Origin: a virus | DNA length: 64,000 nt | IMG/VR virus record: IMGVR_UViG_3300044695_006747 | Span: 1 to 64,000 of that record | Direction: 5' to 3' (one strand) | In this document: positions 40,901 through 52,900 of the stretch, piece by piece | Layout of the letters: each line of letters starts with the position of its first letter | Position numbering within the stretch: the stretch's first letter is position 1 | Made by a program: the position numbers and the translations under genes | The notes under the pieces: model-generated | What the model saw: only the letters and a program-made list of their open reading frames with translations | Databases searched by the model: none | What the model was told of the DNA's origin: nothing

Positions 40901-43900
40901 ACCGCTCTTGGAACATTCTTTAAAAGAAATGGAGTAATGCTACCGTCTTCAAGTATAATGACCCTGGGAGATCAGGTAGGAAATCTTGGCACAGCAGAGA
41001 AAAAGGCCAGAGCACTATATGATATGGTTAAAAAATATGGTAGTGTTGATTTCTTTGATGACGACGCTGCAAATATTGATGCTGCAAAAATGGTCCGAGG
41101 AGTAACCGCTAAAAAAGTTGCTTTAAAAAATAGTGGTGGATATATTCAAAGACTTATGGCTGGTTCATTTGCTGAAGAACCTAGTATATCTGAAATAGCA
41201 CAAATAGTTACACAGTACGCATATCGAGATCCGTCTATTAATTCTGACCCAGCATTACAACAAGCTGTTCTTGCCACAGTAGCCAAAAGAAATAGAACTT
41301 CTGCAAATTTAGCTACTGCTACCAAATTAGCTGGACTAATATCGACAGGCTCGTTAAATCCAAATTTAGCTAGACAAATTCTATCTTCTAGTAACACAAT
41401 TGTACCCAGTGGCCCTAGAGGCAAACCTACTGTACAAGCTCTTTCTTTGCAAGCACTAAAACCTGGAGAAGAAACTAAATTTACTAGAACCATAGACGGT
41501 GAAGAAATAGATATTGTTAGAGGATCTCCGTCAGCAGCTTTGTCAAAACGCATGACATCAGCAATAGACCGAGGTATTCAAGTAGCAATTAAGGGAACTA
41601 TAGAAGAAGCTTTAAGTGATGTTATTTCTAGAGATCCTAGTAAACGGCAACAATTAATTGATTTAGGAGTTAAGTTTAATAAAAGTGGTAAAGCAATAGC
41701 TCCAAAATCTATGATAGATATGGCTATGAAACATGGCCAAATAAATGAATTAAGAGGTAATATATTTGAAAGAACCTTGATGGGACTCGGAGCAACACCC
41801 GGACCAAAACTTCCTGGTAAAGCAGCTCCAGTTGATGCTTTGAGAATAGGAGATATTGTTGCAGACATCATGTCTCAGGGGCCGTCCAAAATATCTTCTG
41901 ATTTACCATCTGAAATCAAAGCCTCTGTACGCAAAACACGACCAAGTGAAGCAACTCCAGATATAAGTAAACGAGGACTAGTTAATCAGATACTCAGATT
42001 CAAGAGATTGCCTGGAGTACAATTTAAAGCAAAAGGAGGTGGTATTGATGGAATAAGATCAGAGCAAGCTAAATCTGCTATTTTAGGTAAACAACTAAGC
42101 GGCGCGGACATGATAAAAGCTGCTAGACGAGCTGGTTATAATATCGAAGAACTAGATAATGGTTTAGTTCAACTATCTCGTAATAATAAAATTATGCATA
42201 CTCTTAGTAGACCAGAAGCATCAAAACTATTAGGAAGTATATCTACAGGATATAATAAAGGAGGTCCAGCAGGATCAGATACAGTGCCAGCACTATTAAC
42301 TCCTGGCGAATTTGTAATCAATAAGAAAGCTGCTGCTAGACTAGGATCAAGCAGATTACATAGACTGAATAGAGCGGATAAAATTAGCGGTTTTAATACC
42401 GGAGGAGAAGTAGGACGCGTTCCAACATATTCGTCTGGTGGTGATGTGCAAAGATTTTTCTTTGGAGGAGGCGCACGAGCAAGACCAGGGATGCAAGCCA
42501 CAGCAGAGAATCTGATGGTTCCCGGAGGAACAATGAATCAATTAAGAGAAATTATAAATGCTCTTAATGAAATGGGACTTGCGTCGTCACGATCTGCAGA
42601 CCTGTTAAGAAGAAGTGGTAGAGTTAGCGTCCAAGCTGCCAATGATGCTTATGAGGCTGATATTCTAAGATTAAGAGTGGCTGGTGCCCCTATGGACACT
42701 ATATTACAAGCCGAAGCCAGACTTGCTAATATGAGACAACAGGGAGCTCAGCAAGTTAGAGCACAAAGACAATTATCGGGAGTAGGAGGAGCTCAATTAC
42801 AAGTAGTAGAAGACGTTGCTCAGCAAAATATTCAAAGAATGTTTGCAAGAGCTCAAGCTGCTGGTGTTGATCTTAATGAAACTCAAAGAGCGCGAATAGA
42901 AGACATGGGCTACAGAAGAGCTTCTCAGGCTGGTGGTCTTTCAACAGCGCAGACAGCGGGTCTTAGTGGTAATGATTTAAGACAATATATCAATGCTGCT
43001 ATGGGTGATCCTAGAACATTTGAACAAATGAATAGACAGTTTGAGGCTAGAAGACGAGCAGAGCTGAATAATCAATATATTGCCGAAAATAGATTTGGTG
43101 GTGATCGCAGAAGAATATTGCAACAAGCTAGTAGAGATGCTGCTGAAGAAGCTAGAATACGAAGACAAACACTAAATCAAACAAGAGGAGCGGCTGGCCC
43201 AGGAGCGAGCACCGGACAAAGGGTTCAGCAAGGAATGTTTGGTGCTAGTTTTGCTATTCCGATGTTAGCTCAAATGCTTGCGGGAGATCCATCGAGAGCA
43301 GCTACTGCTGGTGGAGCAGCTCAATCTGCTGCTATACAAGGAGCAGGAAATACTGTTGCTATGGGAACAATGATAGCTAGTATGTTTCCTCCTGGCCTTG
43401 GTCAAGGTCTAGCCCTAGCTGCTACAGCGGCAGCTTCTGTTGCTCAGGCATTTATCGATGCTAGAAATGCAACAATAGAATTTGAGAAAAATCTAGCAGC
43501 TAAAAAAGTAGAGATGGCGTTGGAAGATACCGGTAGATTATTTGAAAAATTAGCTAAAGATGTAAAAGATATAGATGTGCAAAATTCGATTGGACAAAAA
43601 CTAATAGAAGCAAGCTCAGCTTCGCAAAGAGCAATTGAGATACAGGCCACCACAGCGAAAGCATTTTGGGTCAATATGTTTGATGCATTTGGAGGGGGTG
43701 ATAGAACACAAAGAGCAGAATCTTCACAAAGAAGTCAAATATTAGATAGGTTTGGAACATCGGCATATTTGGAAACAACAACACTCGGACAGGGATTTCT
43801 AGGAGGACGAGGTACCGCTCAAAATAGAGCTAACGAAGCAAGACTGTCTTACACTTCACAAATGATCCCAGAACAATCTAGAGAAATATCTAAACAGTTT

Positions 43901-46900
43901 GCACCTATAGCAGACAATGCTATTAAACTAATAGAAGAAAAAGTTAGGGGTGGTCTTAAAATAGAAGACTATATTAATACAGATGAATTTAAAAAATTAG
44001 GTAATGCAATTGCTTTAGCTAATACAGCAGTTGCCGAGCAAGTATTGAGAATTAGAAATAGCACAATATTAACAGATAGTCAAAAGGCTGCTCAAGAAAA
44101 ATTAATTATTGCTACTTTTGCTGAAGAAGAAGCGCGAAAAAGAGCAAGTATAGCGGCCAGAGAGATACAGTTAAAAGAAGTTCAAAAGGTTACTACTCAG
44201 TTATCTCGTTCATTAGAAAGAATGTTCCAAAACATGGAACAATCGATAAATAAAACTAATTTTGGTCTAGAAAAAATGAGTAGAGAACTCGATCTTGTAT
44301 CAGCATCATTAACAGGACAAGCAAAAGCTGGAGAAGGAGCATTAAATGCTATAAATATTTTACAAAATCCAAGAGCATACGGCGAAGCAGACTTAACAGC
44401 TGCTCGTGGTCAAGCTGCTGGTTTTTTTGGTGGTAGTGGAGATATTATCAAAGGATTATTAACTCTTGGCGATGATATTGAAGCTACAATAATGGGAACT
44501 ATTAATAAGACTGTAAGAGAATCAGAAGGTGATTCTCCAGCTAAAATTGCTATAGCAATAGAAAAAAGTGTTAAAGATAAACTACAAACATTACAATTGC
44601 CATCTGATGTTTCAGAAAAATTAGCACGAGAAGTTAAAGTAGCATTGAATGAAATTCGTAAAGAGGGAGATGAAAAAGCAGATTTTACTCAAATAGAAGA
44701 AAAACTAAAAGATCTTGGACGCATACTAGAGAGCACAAGAAGAGCGCAAGAAGTTGCACTAAAAGCACTAGAAAACTGGCAAACATCTCTTAATAACTAT
44801 ACATCTTCTATTAATACTCTAGCAGATTTACAAATTGATTTTCAAGCCAGATTAAGAAAAAGTTCCGAATTAATTATTGATAGTCAGCTTAATTTGGCTA
44901 GAACTCTTGGTAAAGATATAAGTTTAGAAAATTTGATAGGAAATAGAAACGCTCTAACTAGACAACAAACTGGTGGATTAACATCACCTCAGGATATATT
45001 TAGAAATATCAACAGACTAGAAGCTCAGAGAAGACAACAGGAGGGAGCTGTTGACGTAGCCAGACAAAGAGGACCAACAGGACTCAAAGATTTCATGGCT
45101 ATGTCAAATAGCTTAAAATTAACAAATGTTGCTTTACGAGAAAATTATGATGCTTTAAGGAACCTGGCTGAAAATAGTGATATAGCAGCAGCTGCTTTGA
45201 ATAAAATTCAAGAAGCTCAACAAAGACAACAGGGTAAAGTAGGTTTTATAGAAAAATTAGTAACATCAACACCGGAAGAATTCGAATCTCTAAACAGAGC
45301 CTTCACCAGACTACAAAACAATGCTAACGGACAAGTTAATACTATAAATAATAGTATTGGAGCACAGAAAGCCTATATAGAAGCTATAAATGGTGGAGCA
45401 ACGGCTTTTGAAGCTATGAGAGCAGCACAAACTGCTTTTGCTAACGAAAGAAGAGACACTCTATCAGCACTAAATGATTTACTTCCATTTTTAGGTAGTG
45501 GTCAACAAGCAAATCAAATTAGAGCTAATACTTTGGAAAGTATGTTAATGGAATCTGGAGTTGGTGTTTCACCAATGTTTGCCGATGTTCTCAATGCTCT
45601 AAGAAATCCAGAAACAGATCCAGAAACTCAAAGAGCTATTGCATTATATCAAGAGGCTAATCAATTGCAGCTTGCTGCTAATGCTTTGTTAAATCAAATA
45701 AACCAGTCATTACAAGCTGAAACAGCAGAAAAATCTGCGAAAGCAATAGCAGACGCTTTGGCAAATACAGTTTTAACTTTTAAGAATGCTGAACAGGCAG
45801 ATCTAAATAGAGGTGTTATTCCACAAAATAGAGCAACAGGCGGAATTATTTATGCTTCTAACGGAGCTTTTGCTCCACGAGGAACAGACACGGTTCCAGC
45901 AATGCTAACGCCAGGAGAATTTGTGGTCAATAAAAGTGCTACTGCCAAAAATCTTCCATTATTAAAGAGTATCAATAGTCAAAAATACAGCAGTGGTGGT
46001 AAAGTTAGATATTATGCTGGCGGAGGATTGGTTAGTAGTTATTTAAATAGAAATTCATGGAATATAGACGGATTCCAAGAATCATCAGACAAATTTTTAG
46101 ATCCTTCAAATCCAGACGTATCTGCGTTGTTGGATTCTGGCAAAATGACTAAGAAATTACAGGTATTGCCAAATGTATGGTATAGAATGCCTTCTTCTAA
46201 TAATTTACAAACCCCAAGAAGTGGATCGGTACTAGATCCTAAGAAAAGAATTCCTACAGAACTAAATATTACTGATCTATATCCATCATCAGGAGATATA
46301 CTTCCTGGTATGGTTAGTCATAGTATTAGTATTTCTGATATTATAGAAGCCAATAGATTATCGGCGTCTCCTGGTAGATTAACTCTATCGACTACTCCTC
46401 CTGGTCTAGATAAAAATATAATATTTGGTATTGATGGGGACAAGTCTATAGATCTTATTACCAAAAATATCAAAAAGTCTGAATTTGAGCAATATAAAAA
46501 AGATATGAATAAAGTCAAAAATAATTTTGAGTCCATTAGCTGGATACAAGATGCCGCTAATCCATTATCTTTATTATTAATGTCAAATTTAGGAGATCAA
46601 GGGTATCCAACTACCATAACACCGCTTGCTAAAGATGCTCGTAATCTTAATCCTAATTCTAGAGAAAGAAATAGAGTTCTTTACTATGGTAATCAATTGG
46701 TTCCAGAAGACAAAGACTATGGTAAACTATGGGAATGGACATCAGGAAGCGTAAGAACTAACGCATTAACTATCGGAGATCCTCCTCATAAACCAAATTT
46801 TGATAATACAGCCGAAGATGCGATAAGACAAATAACAAAAATTAGCGCAATAAGCCCCAAAGGCATTAATAAAAGTAGTCCTGGTATAGTTAAACCAAAA

Positions 46901-49900
46901 GAAATAAAAGATATTGTTCAATATCATAAAAAACAATTTGATGTAATTAAAAAATCTGTTATATTAGCTGATAATAATTTTAAAGATATAAAATTTATTG
47001 ATACTCCAGAAGTTAGAAAATATCAAGAATTACAAACTCAATTTACCAATTTATATAATAATCTTTCTCCTTATGAAGTTTTCGAAGATCTTAGCTTATT
47101 CGATCATCCATTTTTAAAAAATGCTAAGAGTTTAATAGTAACTTCTAACGCAGCTCCCACAAGAGATGATATTAAAAAATATATTGAAAATAAACAGGCA
47201 AATCTTGAACCAGGAAGTACGCAGCCAAATAATAATGGAAATCCTATTTTAGTTGGATTATTGGATGCTTTAGATGGCAATTTAAATAATTTAACACAAG
47301 AGTGGGTTAAAAAAAGAGAGTTTGATATATTCCCTCAAGGCCCAGGAGGAGTTAAACAATTTCCATATTTAGTCAATGCAAACATTGGCGATCTAGGCAA
47401 AGGATTTACAGAAAGAGCCAAGCAAGCAGCCCTAGATCAACAGGATAGAATATCTCAAGAATTGGTATTTGATAATCGTAAGATGAGGTTAACTCTTGGG
47501 GCTGGTAAAAATATCGACCTACCATATTCTGCTACATATACAAAATATAGTGGTCCATTATGGGATAATACAACTAAATCATTTAGTGAAGATGCAAACA
47601 AACAATTAAAGGATCTTTATTTACCAGAAGATGCGAATATATTTAAGGGTCTCGATATTTCTAGTCAAAGATTATTTAGTAGCAAACAACCATTCGATTT
47701 AAACGCAGCAGGCTATTCGATTCCGGACAATTCTGCCAATAAGCTAATTGAACTTATTACCAATAATGGTGATCAAAATCAAATAGATCAAGCTAAAAAT
47801 GATATTATCAAAAATAGCACATTAACATTTCCTCATAAAGGACCAAATGCTTCGGGATCATTAGTTAAGTTACAAAATGCTGTTGGTCAACAAATTTTTA
47901 GTGCTTATTCTCAATTACCATCAACAACATTTAATTTTGGTGAATTTTTAGCTCAAGCTATAACAGATTATGCTGTTAATAATAAGAAAGAAGCTGGAAT
48001 TGCTGCTGGTAAAATTGCTGACCAAAAGATGGGCAAAGAAATAATTGGCGATGCTCCAATGGAAACTGTTAGGGTCTTGCAAACATTAACTCAAGGAGCT
48101 TTAAGTGTATTTGGTAGACGTCCAGTACCAGGATTACCAAGAGGTTGGCTATTTAATAATATTCGTTCATTAGGAGGCATTTTACCACGAGGAGGAAGAA
48201 CTTCTGTTGGTAAGTTAACTAATAATGAACAAGCAAAGTCTGCTGCCGGAATTATTCGTAATGTTATTAATAATGCTGGAGCATATGTTAGTAATCTATC
48301 CGGAAGAGTTAATAACCCTCAATTATATAATGGACTTAAAGATGTTTATGGATTAATGTGGGGAGCATACAAAGCTTTTGATTCCATCAATAAGTCTGAT
48401 ACTAGAAATTTAGCTCAATTACTTAAGATTGATCAAGTTAATGCTGGTAATGGAGGATCGGTAGTTGATATAGAGTCCATATTTAGAATGCTCGGAGGAT
48501 CAGCAGCATTTGAAAAAGCTGCCGCAGCACCGTTATCAGAAGACTACAAAACAATGCTTGGTAATCAACTAGTTGGATCAAAAATTACAACTGTTGATGC
48601 GGCTGGTAATATTAAATTGGTTAACCCCGTAGATGCTCCTCCTCCAAAGATTGATAATTATAGCGATTTAATGAATTTAGCATTAAATCCATATAATGAA
48701 TTCTCTTCCAGAACTGTGAGAAGTTCAATATTCGATAAATTAATAGGAGATATTAGTACTGCTGTTGATAATCGAGGAATGCCATACTTTGATCCTAATA
48801 CTTCTAATTTCTTAATAGGATCGTTAGATACGCTTAAAAAATGGTACGGCGGAGATGGTGCTTGGTTAGGACAAGACTATTTATTTGATAAGGCCGCAAA
48901 CGCTGACCCTGTGGCCAGAGGACAACAGTTCACAGCAAATCTGGATGCTGGACGAGGCTTATATGAAATGTCTAATATGGCGCATCAAAATCTTGGGGGC
49001 TCAGTTAAGTTTGGAGATTTACCAAATGATCTATGGTTCCAAAATAGAATAGCAGCAGGAAATTTTGCTACTGGTGGTTTAGTTTATGCTTCTAATGGTA
49101 CTTTGGTGAACTTCCAACCACGAGGCACAGACACCGTTCCCGCTATGTTAACTCCGGGAGAGTTTGTAGTTAATCGCGCTGCTACTCAGAAAAATTTACC
49201 ATTGTTAAAGAGTATTAATAGTAATACTTATATGGCCGACGGAGGATTATTAGAAACTCCAAAAACTGTTCAGGGTGTTACCATTCCAGGTAGAGATAAC
49301 CTGAGTCCACGCATTAATAGAATAGATAAGAATATAGCATATAACACAAGTGGTATTAGTACTATACAAAAAGATATATCAGTTATTAAAGATAGTATTG
49401 ATAAGTTATTGTCTGATCAAACGATGTTGTCTCAAAGTTTAGACACTGTGAATAAATTAAAAAACGATATTATGATGATAGCTGATATGGTTATGAAATC
49501 TCCGGCAGCTATTTATGATCAGATGCTAGTAGCATTACGACAATTATGGACAGAGGTAGGCAACGGACTAACGGCAACACTACAAGGACTTATGAATGCT
49601 CCATGGCCAGCAGTACCCTTTAATAGGGGTGGGCCAGTATATGCTAGTCAAGGAAAATTAATAGATTTTCAACCACGAGGCACAGATACTGTTCCCGCAA
49701 TGTTAACTCCTGGAGAATTCGTGGTTAACGCTAAAGCAACCAAGAATAATTTAGGATTATTACAAAGTATAAATCAGGGAGTTGGTGGATACAGTAGAGG
49801 TGGAGTTGTTTATTTAGAAGATGGTGGATTAACTCCCGGAGCAAAACAAACATTAACAGATTTACAAAATCAAGGATATAATTTACAAGATATTGTGTCT

Positions 49901-52900
49901 GGCAAAACAAGAGTTCCTGGCGTTGTAATAGAGGCATCAAAGATACCAGATGATCCTATGATGCCAACAAAACCAGCCCCAAACATAGAAACATATAGAG
50001 AAAATCCAAGACTATGGAATGGCTTCAAAGATGCTAGTGGTTTTTGGTGGAATAAAAGAGGAGAATCGGTTATAAGCGCATACGGAGCGCCTCCAGCGTT
50101 ACCTAATTTTCAAGAAAGAATGCAAGCATTTGAGTCTATTGTCAGCGCTTTTGCCGGTGCGGGCGGAGTAGGAGGAGGTCGTGGAAAACTAGCAGATGTT
50201 CGCGGTCTGCCTGCGGGAATGCCAATGCAGAGAAATGCTCCAGGTCCACTAGGAACTGGTGTGGCTATTCCGTATAGTATTGGTAGGCCAAATCCTAATA
50301 ATGTGCCAAAAGCGAACTCAGGTGGTCTCACATTAGATGCAATTAGAGATCCATTAACTGGTAACTACTATGTATCAGACACTCCTGCGAGAAATATTAT
50401 TCTTTCTGGACGTCAAGGATTACCAGCTCCAAAAAGTAGACAAAGAGCAAGGTCACCTCTAGATTTAGAAAATGGTAAAATACCAGATTCTATTACCAAT
50501 CCCAAAGCCAAAGAATTTATGCATCTTGCGATAAAAGAAATGATTGGATATACTGAATTCATGAATCTAGTTAAACTGAAAGTGCAAGGATCAGATAGGA
50601 CATATTCTAGTTTATTAAAATTTTTAGCCTTAGATGTATTTCCAAAAGGAAATGCTTACGGAGTTGATTCTCTAGACAAAGCTATTTCATTTTTTAATAC
50701 TCCAGAAGGTATAGAATTATACAATAAAAAAATATCTTCAAAAATAGGTGCGGTTCCAGAAATAGGTGGATATAATGCATCTATAATCAATCAAAATTCT
50801 AAAACCGGTGGTGGTGGTATTACAGAAAGACTATTAAAAGAATTATTTCAACAAAATATATTTCATATTAGTAAAAGATCAGCCAATGTTCCAAACGATC
50901 TTAATTCCAGAATGGTCTCACTGATCCCATCTACAACCGGATTACTATATGATGATAATATAGCAAAACTATTATCTTCTGCTGGCGTTACGCCAAGAGT
51001 CGATTCTAATAGGGTTAGTTATGTATTCGATGTAGACGAGGCAGGCAAGGATTGGGGGCTGCTCAATCCGGATCAAAGAACCTATCTGCAACAATTTGCT
51101 CCAAAAGCAACAGGCAGTGAATCATCCAATATGAAAAGAGGACAGCTAAGAACCTCTCCAAGAGAGAGATTATCTCAGTCGAATACTCCACCCAAGCTTT
51201 CTGATTTTGCTCCTAACGTCACACCCGTTTCGAAAAAAGCATTTCACGGATCAGGATCAGAAATTATGCAAATTGATCCTAATAAATTAGCACAGGGTAT
51301 GTTGGGAGAGGCATTCTATGTTGGCTTTAATCCGAATGAAGCTCCTATTACTTATTTGAAAATGCGACTAGATAGCTGGTTACTTGCGAATAATCTAAAA
51401 AGTGGCAATGTTACACCAGAACAGATAGCCGAGTTTAAAGGAGGAATATACCCTGTTGAAATTATGGGTGGAATAGATGACTTTTTAGCTGCTGATCAAG
51501 TACTAAAAGATAATCCAGCAGCATTATCTAAAATAGAAGCAATATATCGTGATCTTGAGTTAAGAAAAGTTAAACTAGGTCCAATACAATATACCAACGA
51601 TCCCACAACAGGAAAGCCCAAAGTATCAAGAACAGAAAGTCCTCTAGATCTAGCATCCTCAACAGTTATGGATGCATATGATAATATTCAAAATCAATTA
51701 GCAGCTAAATACGAAGCTGAATTTGCTGGTAAGTCTAATATTCCTGATGCAAGATTTGAAGCTCTTACAAGATCCGCCACAGATATGAGGAAAATGTTTG
51801 TGAAGTACGGTATACCAGGATTTACAGATCTAAATAATGCTAGAGGTCAAGGATCTATGGCAGGAATATTTGATATTGATAGAATATCTGTTGGAGATGT
51901 ATATATTCCAGACGAAGTCTTAAGAAAGGTCTTAGGCACAGACGATATTACAGAAGCTAAGCGACAAATAGAATTTATTAAAACCGGCAAATACCCCGAT
52001 CAAGACGCATTCAAAGGTCTTGAAGCAATGGGCGAGCTTCTATCAAAACAACAGCCAGCATATAAGAGCAGAGGTGGAGCAATATATGCTAGTAAAGGCC
52101 AACTAATTAACTTTGAGCCTCGTGGCACAGATACAGTTCCAGCAATGCTCACCCCCGGTGAATTTGTTATTAATCGACAAGCAACACAAAAACATCTTCC
52201 ATTATTACAAGCTATTAACAATGGAGCGCAAGGTTATTCTGATGGTGGTGTGGTTTATTTACAACCAGGTGGTCGTGTACCAGTAAATCCGGCCATGCCG
52301 AGAGGTCCACGAACCAAAGAAGAAAAAGAAGCTTATAAACGAGGAGGTCTAAGAGATAAATTACAAGCTCAATCAAAAAACAGATTTGATACTCAAGCAC
52401 TAGCAGCACAAAAAAATCAAAATGGTAGATTATGGATATTTACTCTTCCACGAGAAGATTTATTGAAAGATGGTGATGGTAATCCATTAAATAATGGTAT
52501 TCAATATTTGCTTAAAGATGCAAACGGAAAACCTTCTGATAATTTATCAACAGAATCTTTAGCTGCTATGGATATTAGTAAAATATTTTCATTAAGAAAT
52601 AATAATGCCAGAGATGCTAAAAAAGACTTGATCAACATGCAGCCCCTCAATATTTTTAAATTAGCAAAGGCAATACCACAAGATGCTGTTAGTGCAATAT
52701 CCAAAGCACGACAACAACAGGCTAGAAAAAGTTTTGATCAAAAAATACTAGATGAGTTATCATATCAGATTCAAACAAAACAAGATATGTTTAGTATTTT
52801 TAATCCCAACTTTTTTAATACCGATGGTGCTATTGTTGATAAATATAATCAAGAAATGTCCGAAATTATAGATCGTATGGATTTGAATAATCCAGCCTCT

